A stretch of 64,000 bases of DNA from Cenococcum geophilum (lineage: Eukaryota): contig CP158636.1 in NCBI GenBank assembly GCA_050273025.1, positions 8,494,001 through 8,558,000 of the forward strand, read 5' to 3'. The notes under the pieces are model-generated. The model was not told the DNA's origin. It made no database searches and saw only the letters and a list, made by a program, of their open reading frames with translations. Below, in pieces: positions 14,080 to 27,579 of the stretch. Numbering within the stretch: position 1 is the first letter of the stretch; every line of letters starts with the position of its first letter. The position numbers were made by a program, and so were the translations under genes.

Positions 14080-14930
14080 CTTAAATACTAGCAGTAGTAA
14101 TAGGAGCCTCTTCTTTTATCTTAACGTTATTATTAACGGTATTATTAGCTCCTCTATCCTTAGAAGCATTAGCACTTCCACTAATATTCTTCTTAGAATA
14201 ACGGGTACTGGAAGGACTAGCATAGGTAGAAAACTGGCAAGGAGAACGTTTATCTTAACCTTTATCGCTATCCTTAGTATCCCTAGGTTTTAAATCGGCG
14301 TCTAAGTAGGGATTAGAAAGATATTAGCTAAAGGAGTTAATATAGTTCCTAAGCGAGTTACTAGAGAAACTTACCTGGCTAAAATAGCCCGCGTAAGAGT
14401 ACAAATGTTATTATTAATAAGGGTAAGCTGTTCGCATATGCGCTCCTAAATACTATATATCTAAGATTATTACGTCTCTATAGTGGTGGAAACCCTTATT
14501 AAATTAAAGAGTCTGTAAGCGAGGGAAGACACCTTCTATCCCCGCCTATTACTATTAGGATATTAGCGGAAATCTTAAATAGCGCGTTAGAGCCTATAAG
14601 TCTTATATGTATAGACAGCGGGGATTTAGTATAATTAGTGAAATCTAAAATAGGACGGAATGGGAATACTAGGACGTAGGTCTTTCTCCTACTATAATAA
14701 TAGAAGCACTTAGATTTGTTTTTACTAGAGTAAGGCATCTTATAGACGTAGGAAGGATCCTGTATAAGAGCATGGACGTAGCAACGATAGTATTTTAGGG
14801 AAACTGCCGTAGGAGTAACAGATGCTGTCTAGGGCGTCACTAGGAGAGGAATGACACTACCGCCGGTTTAGGGACGCGTAGAAGGACCACAAGCTATTAT
14901 AAGAGAATACTTTAAGAAGTTAGCATTGTT
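14080..14930 (-). pseudogene. Antisense accessory ORF with a Cys-rich zinc-cluster-like motif in the Gypsy 3' region
   Basis: The minus strand reads KYYRCYVHALIQDPSYVYKMPYSSKNKSKCFYYYSRRKTYVL, which de-RIPs to C-x2-C...C...C-x2-C-x6-C. A GT...ctaat intron-like stretch follows. Boundaries are approximate. Confidence 0.5.
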
Positions 14931-16074
14931 ATAAGAGATAAGGTGGGAATCCTATTGCTTATAGACGCGTTAAGAAAAGATAATAAGGTAGTAATAGAAG
15001 TACGGCTAAAGATATAGAAGCTAAAAGGCGAGATGTAATGAAAATAGCCTATTTAAGAACGAGACGAATGGTGTTATTAATAGAAGGACGAGTAAGAGAC
15101 GACGACTTGTAAACAGAAAGAAATTAAAATAAAAGACGTTATTATTAAAGCCTATTTAGGTAAATAGGGATAGTAGTTAGTCAACGCGTTGCACTGGATA
15201 ACCTTTAGATCTATTTATAATAAATTCCTAAAATTAGAGAGGTAAATCCCACTAAATTTTTATTAATGTTGTTGGGATCTTATTACGAAAGCACTATAAG
15301 GAGCTAGGGTGGGAGAAAAGCAGAGGAATAAAAAATAAAGTAAAGTTCCGCGCTAGTAAAGAGCTAGTAATAAGTCGTATTATAAAGTACCTTTCTACTA
15401 AGGGTTTCCCTAGTAGTTTTAGCCGGAACTCTATAAAAGCTTAGTAGAGGCGAAGTTTTAAAGGACTAAGACCTTAAAAGGGGAGGTAATTGTAATGGAA
15501 TCCCCTAGGAGGTACATATCCAATAAGACGGTAGGAGGTTTTATCTATATCCTATCTATATTCTAGAAGATATAGTTAAATAGGCTAGGGGCGAAAGGTT
15601 TTACTAGCGTCTTAAAAGAAATATATAGGAAGCTAGTTCCCCTCTAGAGAAGAACTAGCAATTAGTCTTTAAATAGAAGTGGTTAGAAGTATTTGTCCTT
15701 TAATATATAAAAACTTATTCTACCTTTTACTTACCGGTAATACTGTTAATTAGATAATTATACGTTTTAGTTAGGCTGGCCTCTTATAAGGCTTCTAACC
15801 CCTATATCTAGTAATTTTCTTTAGAGCTATAGTAGGTTTTTTATACTAATATAATACTTAGTAATAGTAGAGGCACTCTAAGCTAAGGGAGGATATTTTT
15901 AAAAAAGGACCTAACTATAGCACCTATAAGGTGTTATAATAGCTTTAAGTAGTAGATATCTATATATTTATATAGTTTTATTAATATTAGCAGACTATTT
16001 AATAAAATATAATATGTGCTTACGCTTTTAATAACGTATATTTTAACTTTAATAAAATTAATATTAGGACTAAG

Positions 16075-19000
16075 TGTATAATTACAGCACCTGGTGTACG
16101 AACGCGTAAATACGCGTTTGTGTACTAACTACCTACGTGCTGACTAATTAGGGGGGAGGTGTATTAGTATATAGACCACGTAGTCTGCTTTATACAATTG
16201 ACAGTCACTATCTAAACAAGTATACGATACTACATGTATTTCGTGCCCGTGGATACAACTCACTCGTGCTATTAAGTTAGTACGAACACTAATTAGTGAG
16301 CGCGCATAGATTAGCAATTACTTGATACCTCCCCCCAAGCGATACACAACAGCGACTACCCGTTTAGACTCCTAGTACGACCTGCTAGAAGGTCGGAAGT
16401 CGGGGATTACGGACTTATCTCCAACTCTATATACTTATTTAAGTCTTAGTACGGTTTACTAGAAGTATAATAGATGCAAATATAGACCTGTATAGAACCC
16501 CTACCCTTAAACCTCGAACCCCTATCCCTACTACACCCTCTTTTAATACCTCCGATGTCTTTTTAGACCCCTTACGGAGACCCCCTACCCCTCTACGAAC
16601 TACTACGGACCTATTAAGACCCTTTACGGACACCCTTACCCTTCTATAAACCGCTATGGATATTAACCGCCTTTACGGACCACTACAAGACCTCTTCCAC
16701 CTACTGCGTACTACACTACACTATATAGTATGGCAGACCTAAGGAAGCAAGTCAATGAAGGCCAGGAAAAGTGGAGGTAGGGAGCTGACCTTACGTCTAT
16801 ACCTAACGTTAATAACTACATTAAATTTAAAGTTCTTAAATATAAATATTTTAAGCTTATAAACGTTGACCTATGGGAGTAATACTAGGAAGACTTCGCG
16901 GACTTTATGGAAGCTATCTTTAAAGTATGTAACCCTACTACTATCTATAACCTACGGACCCTCTTATATAACTAAGGTGTATGGGTTAAAAGGAATAAAT
17001 AAGTTACTGTTATATAGTCCTTATATAATACAATACATGAGAAGGACTAAATAGAATAGACTAAAGAGGAAATCCTAGACTAGTTCTAAGAAATTAAGGA
17101 ACTCTTTACTTCTTTCAAACTTAATATAATCGCTAGCCTTATACCTAACCCACTTAATTAAATTTGTCCTATAAACCTAAGCAGTTTTAGAATTAATCTT
17201 ATAGGCTAAAGTATACCTAGTACTTAAGTTATGGACCGCAATACCCCCGTAAACTAAAATATGGACCAAATTACCCCTATTATTTAAGTTATAGATCCAT
17301 AAGCTATATATCCGCAAACTATAAATTTATAAGTTATAGATCCGCAACCTACCTAACTAAAGACCTATGGTAAGGAGCTAGCTAACCTAGCTAAGCTCTA
17401 TACTAATAAATCTAAGTATAGCGGCGAAAATGATAACTTTAACTTTAAACTAACTATCTTTATGGACCTCTGCTAGAAGGCTGATATTCCTAAATAAGAG
17501 TTTAGCTAAGCCTACTCTACTATGCTATGTGGCCTAGCACTTAACTACTATTACACTAACCTTAAGAGCAACCCCTTTGGTGTTCCTTTTAATAAGCTAT
17601 ATAAAGCTACCCGTAACTACTTTAAAGGACTAGAATATAAGCGTAATATCCTTACCTAATGGAATACGACTAAGCTACGGACCGTAATTAATAAGAATAC
17701 TGAAAAATTGACTATAGAGTGCCTGTAAATTCTCATTAAAGACCTTTGGCATTTATAGCACGGCCTTAACGCTAAGCTTTAAACAGACGACTTCCTATAT
17801 AATAAACTTATTATGGCCTGCTAGGAAGTAGAGCCCTATAAGTACGCCTACTATAAGCCTATAGATACCTTAGCTGGCCTTATTAATGATCTACGCTCCT
17901 TTATTATAACCTATAAAGTCTTAAACCCACTAGGCAGCACTTAAGCCTTTGTTATGGATATTTAATATCTGTAAATAGACTTAAACGTCTACTTTACGGA
18001 CCGCTGCTACCGCTAGCAGCACCTGTACCGACTAAGTCCTACCTATAACCCCCGCAGTAACCCCTATATAAAAGTATACCCCCACAGATAAACTAGCCAG
18101 AAGTGCTTTATATGCGGTAAGGAAGAATATTGGTCTATAAGGCATACCTAGAAAGAACGTAATAAGTTTAGGAAGAGACTTAATAGCTATATTAACCAGT
18201 TTATTTTAGAATATAAAGGAGAGGAAGTAGAAGAGCCCCCTAATAAGTTAATAGAAGCCCTTATAATTAACTTTAACTTAGACGCTTAGGAATAAGAGAC
18301 CTTAGAGATATTTTTAACTACTTTTAAACCTTTTATGGATAGCTAAGCCTTTAATATTACGACCGTATTAGCCGACCGTTTCTTTATATACTTAGTTACG
18401 CCTAAAAACTATTCTATAAGTACCCCCGTTATGGACGTTATAGATTACAAGTAGGACCTATTTGTATATATTACTATAGAACGCTATACCCCTAAGGAAT
18501 TCTACGGTGTTATAATTAATATAGGTGCCTTTAAGAAGTTTACCGTAGGCTATGGATAATACCTTATATATAGGACTACTATAAATGATAATACGGACAT
18601 TGATATTATATAAACTGGGGCCATAAACGTCTAATTCGGCATTAGCTTAACTGTATTAATTAGATTAGTTAAAGTTAAGACTTTAATTAGCCTAGTTAAC
18701 TTTTACGTAGTAAAAGCGGATACCCCCTTTTTACTTTGTCTTGTAGACATGGATAGGTTATAGGTGTACTATAATAATGTTACGGATACCCTAATTGGCC
18801 CCGTAACTGCCTTAGGAAGTAAGTATATTACCCTACTAATTATACAACAATTTAGACACCCGTTCCTTATATAGGGAGAGACTTTACAGACCTATATTTA
18901 GGAATCTTTTAACTATAACCCGTGCTACCTTACTAGTACGGAAATCCACCGCCTATACCGCTGTTTTGGCTATTTATTAGCCGAAAAGCTATATAGAGTC

Positions 19001-22000
19001 CTTAAATACTCTAAACATGACGACGTTAATAGAAAGGCAGTTAACCACCTAACTAAATACTGCTCCTTCTGCTAGAAATACGGACGTTCCCTAGGCTGAT
19101 TTAAGTTTACTCTTTATAAAGACCTTAATTTCAACTACTTAGTGTACATAGACATTATGTATATTAACGGCAGCCTAGTATTATATATAATTGATAAGGC
19201 AACCCACTATTAAGCCGCCCGTTAGCTGCAAAATATATCTATAAAGTATACTTGGGATATTTTACGGACCTACTAGATTGATATATACGTTAGACCTCCT
19301 AAGTATATTACCCACGACGCTAGTAGGAACTTTATTAGTAAGGAATTTTAGCAGTATACTATAGCCATGGCTATATTAATAAAAGCTGTTTTAGTTAAGG
19401 CGTATTAGTCTATTAGGCTTATTAAGCGAGCTTACCTAGCTCTATAGAGAGCTTATTAGATTATTATAAACGAGTGTAAGGATATTTAAAAGGAACTGGC
19501 TTTATAGATGGCTGTAAAAGCCGTTAATAATACCGCTGGCCCTAATGGACTAGTACCCACCCTCTTGGTTTATAGAGCCTACCTAAGAATAAGTAGCCTA
19601 GGCCCTCCTGCCCCGTCTATTATGGAATGAGTAGCTGTAATACGGAAGGCAATAGCCGAAATAGTTAAATTATAGGCTAAATAAACTGTTAATAACGCCT
19701 TATACTACTGTAACGGACCTAATACAACCTTAGTATATAACCTCCCGCTTAACTCTGAAGTCCTTATATAGCGTAAAAGCGGTAGCTGGAATGGACCCTA
19801 TTGCCTACTGGCCGTAGAAAATAAGATGTGCTATGTATAGCTTTCTAGCGGGCCAACTAGCTTTAGAAGCATGTCTGTAAAACCCTACTTTTAATCCGAA
19901 AATACCTATAATGTTAAACTAGACGAACCGGAAGCACCTGCCGAACTAGATGAACTAGAAGTACCCCTGCCTACCTTAGAAGTCCCTTAGGAACTTACTA
20001 AACCCGCTAAACCTACTATAAAGCGTGGCCGAGGACGCCCCTAAAAGTATTTTGTAACTAAAAACCCTGTAATAAAGAATTACCTAACCTCTATAGGTAT
20101 ATCCGCAAGATAATCTCCGCTTACGGATATATTAGTCCTAATATAGGAAACCCCTTTTATGGACTTATGGCGTAAAGAGATTAACGGACTACTTGAAAAG
20201 GGTGTCTTTATGGTTATAACAGAAAAAGATATTCTGTAAGGCGTCTATATATTTAACTTACGCTTTATTAATGAGATTAAGCACCCTAGTACTAATAAAG
20301 CTTTTAAGAAATTAAGGCTTGTTATATAAGCTTATAACGACTAGGGAAAGGACCTAGTCCTTATGTAATCGCCTATAATTTAACGAGTTAGTTAATGGAT
20401 TATACTTACACTTATGCCTAGACTATAGTAAACTAAACCCGTAGCCCTTTACTTACGGGATATCTTATAAGCCTATATATAGTTAAATACCTACCTAAGT
20501 AGGGATATCTTTATATAACTACCCTATAAGCTTAACCTATAACTAGGAATAATTTTACAGGTTATAAAACCTCTTTACGGAGTACTAGAAGTTAGAAACC
20601 ATTGGTTTAAAATATACTACTAGTACTACGTTAGTAAACTTAAAATAGAACAGTCAACCTATAACCCCTACCTCCTATACAGCCTATTAAACGGCCTTAG
20701 TATTATTGGACTTTAAATAGATAATACCCTATTCCTAGCAGACTAGACCTTTGTGGACGCTAAAGAAACTAAACTATAAAAGGCTAAGTTCTTAGTAAAG
20801 CCGTGAGAGTAGTTAACTGAGTAGAATCTGATTAAGTTTAATAGAGGCCTAATTATATAAAAGGGCAACCTAATTAAGCTGACTTAGGAACGCTAGGCTT
20901 AAAACCTAAAGCTTGTTATAGCAAAGCCTACGGACCTTACTAGCTCCTGTGAAGAGACCCGTAAGACTATAAATACGAAGGACTAATACGTTGTATAGCG
21001 TGTAAGAGGCGCCTATATTGCTATAGTCTGTTAACCTAAATCTGCCTATAATTTATCCTTTACAGCCTAGGTAGTAGATCCGTAAGAAGAAAATATTAAG
21101 TAGCTTAATAAGCGCATTTAGTGGCAAATTAATAATGTAGTAAGGGGACTTACTTTCGTACTATTAGACCTAAGTTTTTTTAGCTTACCGGCATTTATGG
21201 ATGCCTTCTTTGCTAATAATAGGGACCTATTATTATAAATCGGCTTTATAATCGTACTTACGGACCGTAATTAGGACGTAAATATACTATACTGGTCTTT
21301 AATTAAGTGTAAATGAGTAACCCGTAGTGTACTAGCCTCTAAACTATATGTACTAGCTTATAGCTTTAATATAGCAGCCGCAATTAAATTAATGGTTTAG
21401 AAGATTTTATAACTGGAGCAGTTACCCCTAGTTTTATGCACTAATTTAAAGTCCCTCTATAACTGCCTAGTTAAACTAGGTATGATATAAGAGAAGAGGC
21501 TTATAGTCGACCTAATGTGCTTATATTAGGCCTACGAACAACGTGAAATTGTGGAGGTTAAATGGATTAGCGGCGGAAATAACCTAGTAGACGCTATAAC
21601 TAAGGTAAAGCTGTGTTAAGCCCTTAAAACCCTAATTAATATAAATAAGCTTAACCTAAAAGTTATAGAATGGGTAGAACGGGACTAACGGAGTACCTAT
21701 AGTACGCCTACGGCCTATTAGAAGGCCGTACGGCTTATTATACGGCCTATTCTACGGACCGTAAGCTATTAGGTGGAAAATGGTAGAAAGCTATAATGGA
21801 ACTTAGAGGACTTACGTAACCTGCCAAATTCTGCTATATTCTGCTATAGTGGTCAAATCTACTAATTATGATTTTCTATACCGGGTACGGAAAATCGCTA
21901 TTAGCTCGCTTAGCACTAGCGTCTTAGTGGCCCTTAAGATCTAACTTATAGCTCGTCTACTGCCTGTTAAAAGGCTGTATGGTTTATTTTACGGACCGTA

Positions 22001-22370
22001 AGTAGGACTTACGGCTAGCTTGGGGCACTATTTAGAAGGCAGCCTAGAAGGCACCTTAAGAGGAGTTTCCTATGTATTTTCTTATGTGTTTTATGGTTCT
22101 ATTAAGGCAATTACGGAGGCTATATATAAGTGGTTTTATTTTCTAAGTACTGCTAGTATATAATTACAGCACCTAGTATACAAACGCGTAAATATGCGTT
22201 TGTGCACTAACTACTTACGTGCTAACTAATTAGGGGGGAGGTGTATTAGTATATAGACTACGTAGTCTGCTTTATATAATTGATAGTTACTATCCAAATA
22301 AGCATACGATACTATATGTATTTCGTGCCCGTGGATATAACTTACTCGTGCTATTAAGTTAGTATGAACA
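16075..22370 (+). mobile_element. Full-length Copia (GalEa-like) LTR retrotransposon, RIP-inactivated
   Basis: 214-bp LTRs at 16075-16288 and 22157-22370, TSD CTAAG. Polyprotein relic ~16730-21688 with knuckle ~18103, IN ~18940-19590 and RT from ~20170. Confidence 0.95.
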
Positions 22371-23885
22371 CTAAGTAATAGCCGTATTATAAAATTTATA
22401 CTATTTAGAAGCCCTAAGTCTTAAAAATAATATATAAACTTTTAGTAATAATAACGCGTTATATAAATAAATAAATTAGATATCCGCAATATCCGTTTTA
22501 TGGATTTTGCTTATATTTTAACAAATCTCGCTAAAGGCTCTTAGACGTGATTTTGCAAGGAGATGACGTAGCTATTATTCCGACGCTAGCTAAAAAAAAT
22601 CACGTCTGAGCTCGCTAAGGTAATGAAACACGTTAAGCTCGGACCCCTGGAACTCGGTTACCGCCTAAACTCGGTTACCCTACCAAAATCGGTTACAATA
22701 CTTTGGAAGCTATTTACACCCAACTAAATCAAATTAACTATTTACCCCTACATGCTATTTAATATATTGACTTTGCTCTTTCTAGCTAACACCTTATAAG
22801 GCTTTAATTTTGGCTCCTTTGCCCTTATTTTAGCCTATTTCTCCTCTACCTCCTCTATAGTTTTCTTAATTCCATTTTTATATTTAGAGTCTATATTTAG
22901 ATCTACAGGTACTTACCTATAAATTTTTACGCTTTTAGGGTCTTTAAGTTATAATTTCAGGCTATATATTTAAGGGTCTATATATATAGCCTTTATAATA
23001 AGCTGCTGAAGTTATTGATTTACTTTTTATAAAAATAACCAAATCTTTAATTAAGTATATATTTATTATAAAGGCCTTAATCTATTTAATATCTGTTATA
23101 GGGCTTCTTTAGGGTAACTATAATGTTAACCTACTTATTACTAGCCTATTTAAGGCTTAAACCCTCTATTAAAGCTTTATTTTTAACTTATAAAAAATTT
23201 AAGCTATTATATAGATTTTATAAATAACTACTAAAGGTATACTATCTAAATTTAATTATCTTTGCCATAAGACCTTCGCTTTAGGTCTTATAGTAATACT
23301 TAGTAAAGTAGTACTTCTTAATTAAAGCTATATTATTAAGAAATATAAGCTTTATAATCTACTCCTAATATTTTTATTTAATAAAGGGGAAATATTATAA
23401 ATTTAAAGGTTACTATATTAAATAAAGTAGTAAAAAAATAAGTTATATATTAATAAATTTATATTTTAATAAAAACTTAATTATATAATAGCTTATATAG
23501 CTATTAAGTAAAATTAATTAGGGTTTATTACTAAATAATTTGGCTTTAAGCTAAAAAAAGTTTAATTAATAACCTAAATATAATAAAATTAATTAGGTAA
23601 TTATTTCTTAAAGCTATATATGTCTAATAAGGCATTTTAGCTTAGTATAACTATATTAGTAATAATAAAAATTAATTAATTAACTGGGGGCAAATATTAC
23701 CCCTGTAATAGACATATATTTATAGTTATTTAGTAACTATATAAAAGCCTCCTTTTTATAGGCACCTCTTATTGTAATTAGGTTTATATATATACATAAT
23801 ATTACTCTAAATTTATCTATATTATAGGTTTTTTTTACCTCTATCTTAGCCTTCCCTTTTACCCCTCTTATAAAGATTATAAAAC

Positions 23886-26255
23886 TGTCGGAATATATAG
23901 ACAGAAGTTATGTGGTTACGTGTCGTCGACGTGTCGTCGTCGTGTCTTTGATTAGTCATCCTTATGGTGACTAATTAACCCCCTACTTAGGCACCGCGAT
24001 CCTTACGATCCTCTACTTTTAACACCTATTAGACAAGAATCAATTCAGCAGTTAATAGGCCAATCAAGTGCACTTAGGTGATACCGACATTAATTAATGG
24101 TTAACCTCACCGGTTAGCTATAGAGCAATAAGGTTCACTGCCGCCCTAGCAGCTTCGTTTAATTAAAAGCAGCAATCTAGTACCTAGCAGCAAAACCAGC
24201 ACCTAGCAGCTCTGGCAGCATCCAACTACCCAGCCAGCTTAGAATATTTATATTCTACAGCACGCAAATTAATACCCAGTACGACCTCTTTACTAAGTGC
24301 CAGTACCCCCAGCTTATTAACAGCACCCAACACCCAACAGCCCTCGGGCAGTACCCCATCAGCAGCTACCTCAGCAGCTACCTCAGTAGCACTTATGCAG
24401 CATACCAGCTTATATAGCATCCAGCGTCACAGCAACCCAACAGCCTCGCGCAGTATCCAATTACCCAATAGCTTTACGCAGTAACCCAGTGTAATAACAC
24501 AACCCAGCAGCAAACTATTACCTAGTACGCGTCATAGCATATAAACCAATACCCAACAGCCTCATATAGTACTCCAGCGTTACAGCAACCCAGTAGCGTC
24601 AGCAGCACCACCTAATACCTAGCAGCATCAGCAGCACCCAATACCCAACAGCCTTGTGCAGTACTCCAGCGTTACAGCAACCCAGCAGCGTCAGCAGCAC
24701 TAAAGTACCCAGCTTCGCCAGAAGCAACTAGCTCCAGAAGAGCACCCTATACAAGCTCAATACCCTACTACGTCAAAATCACGTTAATAACGCGCTCTCC
24801 AGCCCCCCTGCTCCTCCGTTAGCATTCGTAGTAGTTACTAGCGCGCCCTTATCTTATAACAATTTCAGCTCTACCAAACTCTTAAAGTTCTACCAGCACG
24901 CTATTTCTACATTCTTAACACCCTACTACATCAAAAATCACGTTAACAGCGCGCCTACAACGCCAGCGCGCTCCCCATCCTCTACCCTCTTAAGTCTACC
25001 AGCGTCTACGGCAGCTATAAACCTTTAATAATAGCACCACCTTAACTTCCTAAAGGATACAAAAGCGGGAGCTATACGGCCACTGGGCGGCCTTACTATA
25101 TCAATATCTATAATAATAAAGCCCAATAGGAGTTTCCAACTATAGCCGCTTATTAAAAACAGATTTAGGATATACAGGATATTCTAGACCTACGTTAACG
25201 ACAGTACAAAAGAGTTTAGAAGGCATATTAAGAACAAAAGGAGGATATTAAGGAGTTATAAAGCATAGTTTAGCAATTACAGCAACAACAAGCTACACTA
25301 GCACAAGCTCCGTCTGCACAAGCTTTGTCTACACAAGCTCTGTCCGCACAAGCTCCGTCTACACAAGCTCCATCCACGCAAGCTCCGCCAGATTTACCCT
25401 CTCCGTTAACTAAAGCTAAGGAGCTACGGCAGTTAAGCTCGTATAAACCCCCGCAACCTTAAACCTACAAAAAGTGCTCTACTATATTCCCTTTAGGTTA
25501 AGCGCTTTTTAAACATTTGCCAGACTGTTAACCATTTTAGTATACTAAGTGCAGATCTACATTCCCCTCAAATACTACCCTCTATAAGCATATTTAGGGA
25601 TGTCGTCGTCCAAAGGATTAAGCTTCGTTAGGATAGAGGTCTACCGACTAAACGATCGTGCTGATACGCCTGCGATCTACCAACCAAATAATCATGCCTA
25701 TACGCCTACGATCTACCAACCGAATGATCGTGCCTATACGCCTACGATTAACCAACGACTGATAGACAAGCTCTATGCTTAACCACTATTACTACCACCG
25801 CTAGTACCGTACTACCACCCGAACAACCCTATCGCTGGTACCGTACTACTACCTATATAGACAACCGATCGTGCTGATATGCATGCGATCCATTAATCAA
25901 CTAATTGTGCCTATACGCCTGCGATCTACCAACCGACCGATAGACAAGCTCTATATTTAACCACTATCACTACCTGATGCTCGCACTGTACCGCTACCTA
26001 AATCCGATTATCTTAGGATAGCTATTTTACGTATAAAGAAAGAACTGCCAGTGTCGGAATATATGGATAGAAGTTATATGGTTACGTGTCGTCAACGTGT
26101 CGTCGTCGTGTCTTTAATTAGTCATCCTTATGGTGACTAATCAACCCCCTACTTAGGCACCGCGATCCTTACGATCCTCTGCTTTCGACACCTATTAGAC
26201 AAGAATCAATTCAGCAGTTAATAGGCCAATCAAGTGCACTTGGGTGATACCGACA
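23886..26255 (+). mobile_element. Non-autonomous LTR element (2370 bp, TRIM/LARD-like, GalEa-type ends) with a cargo ORF
   Basis: 204-bp LTRs at 23886-24089 and 26052-26255 (tgtcgg...ccgaca), TSD AAAAC. No gag, RT or IN motifs were recognised inside. Confidence 0.92.
24395..25621 (+). pseudogene. Cargo ORF: Q/S/P/T-rich N-terminus, WW-like domain, coiled coil, AQAPS repeats, two C2HC zinc fingers
   Basis: One frame broken only by TAA/TAG stops. It reads LPKGYKSGSYTATGRPYYINIYNNKAQ*EFP (25046-25138), a heptad Q/E/K-rich helix, then TYKKCSTIFPLG*ALFKHLPDC and *YTKCRSTFPSNTTLYKHI*GC. The start codon is uncertain. Confidence 0.7.
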
Positions 26256-26745
26256 AAAACCTTTAAATTTGCTTTAATTATGCCCTATTAATCTATATCT
26301 TTTCTATTAATTATATAGTTTAATATTAAATAATAAGATTTTGGTTAAAATGGCTAATTACCTATATTTTACTAAAGGGCTTAGTATTACTATTTTAACT
26401 AAATATTTAAGCTACTATTTTTTTAGAATTATAAATATAAGGGAGTAAATTTTTATAGGTCCTATTTAAGTATTTAATTTATAAACAAGACCTCCTATAT
26501 AGGAGTTAATTATATATATAAATCGGGTTAATAGCTTACTATTTAATTAATCGCTTAAAATCGACAAAGAGACACTATATATAAGCACGGCTTTTCGCGC
26601 AGGCTTATAAACACCAGATTTGGAATCTATAATAGTCATTTATAAGTTCTGCTAATTTTGGCCTATATTAATTAACTCGTTGTAGAGAAAATAGGTAAGT
26701 TGATTTTGGTATGGGAGGCGACCGAGTTCCGGGGGTCCGAGCTTA

Positions 26746-27151
26746 ACGTGTTTTATCACTCATCCGCTAAAATCAGTCATCCGCCAGCCCCAAAAACCAC
26801 CAAAAATTGGAAAAACTACACCTTAATATCTTAATAACGGCTTAATAATAAATTCTAAAATTTTATAATTAGCCTTTTATACCTATTTTAAACCTTCTAT
26901 TAGATTTAAAAAGTAATCTATTAAGTAGCTTTAGAGATATTATAACCTAGCTTAAAATTAGGGGCTAAAACCTAATATCTTATAACGGCTAGGCTTATTA
27001 CGCTAGAATTTTATTAAGTGTCTTAACGTAGGCATAAAAGGCTAATTATAAAATTTCAGAATTTATTATTAAGCCGTTGTTAAGATATTAAGGTGCAGTT
27101 TTTCTAATTTTTAGTAGTTTTTAAGGCTGGCGGATAAGTAATAAAACACAT
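26746..27151. mobile_element. MITE with long (~120 bp) TIRs and Fot1/pogo-type ACGT ends
   Basis: Starts acgtgttttatcactcatccgc and ends gcggataagtaataaaacacat. Arms ~26746-26885 and ~27030-27151 are reverse complements, with TA on both sides. Confidence 0.85.
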
Positions 27152-27153
27152 TA

Positions 27154-27579
27154 ATATAGTTAAATAGTAAGTGGGCCATGCGGGCAAGTAGGCTAATATT
27201 AAAACTTACTAAAAATAAAAAAAAATAAACCTTAATATCCTAACAACCACTTAATAATAAATTCTAATAATTTAGATTTAGACTTTCATATATACTCTAC
27301 AGCCTTTATTAAAGTTGCATTATAAATAGTTTAGTACTTTTTAAGATATAGTAATTTAGCCTCATTTTGGCCCTTAAATTTTAATATCTTAAAAATTACT
27401 AAACTATTTACTATATAACTTTAATAGAAGCTGCGGAGTATATATAAACGTCTAAATCTAAATCATTAGAATTTATTATTCAGTGGTTATTAAAATATTA
27501 AGGTATAATTTTTCTAATTTTTAGTAAGTTTTAATATTGGCCTACTTGCTTATATAGCCCACTTACTATCTAATTACGT
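27154..27579. mobile_element. Fold-back MITE with ~200-bp TIRs and ACGT-type ends
   Basis: atatagttaaatagtaagtgggc...gcccacttactatctaattacgt is nearly fully palindromic, with TA on both sides. The subterminal ccttaatatc...cttaataataaattctaa block is shared with 26746-27151. Confidence 0.85.

Larger units (their letters stand above)
2217..15788 (+). mobile_element. Full-length Ty3/Gypsy chromovirus-type LTR retrotransposon (RIP-inactivated) with a nested Copia
   Basis: LTRs at 2217-2547 and 15491-15788, TSD AGGCT (2212-2216, 15789-15793), and polypurine tract aaaaggggagg before the 3' LTR. Confidence 0.95.
22636..26743 (-). mobile_element. Tc1/mariner-superfamily pogo/Fot1-type DNA transposon (about 1.73 kb without the nested LTR element)
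   Basis: TIRs agctcggacccc(t/c)ggaactcggt at both ends, flanked by TA. The minus-strand relic LILLNSYISY (LILLDGHxSH) ~23490-23520 followed by a QPL(D)-like motif ~23405 fits a DDE_1 transposase. Confidence 0.85.

Noticed and set aside
4220..16633. Short minus-strand ORFs in the track (4220, 4646, 10260, 16439)
   Set aside because: They are antisense shadows of RIPped gag-pol or leader sequence with no independent coding signal.
25640..25980. Spaced ~39-bp repeats (gatcgtgcctatacgcctacgatctaccaacc) resembling a CRISPR array, and ORF 25600-25782
   Set aside because: These are degenerate tandem repeats without unique spacers in a eukaryotic LTR element's 3' region, and no cas genes are present.
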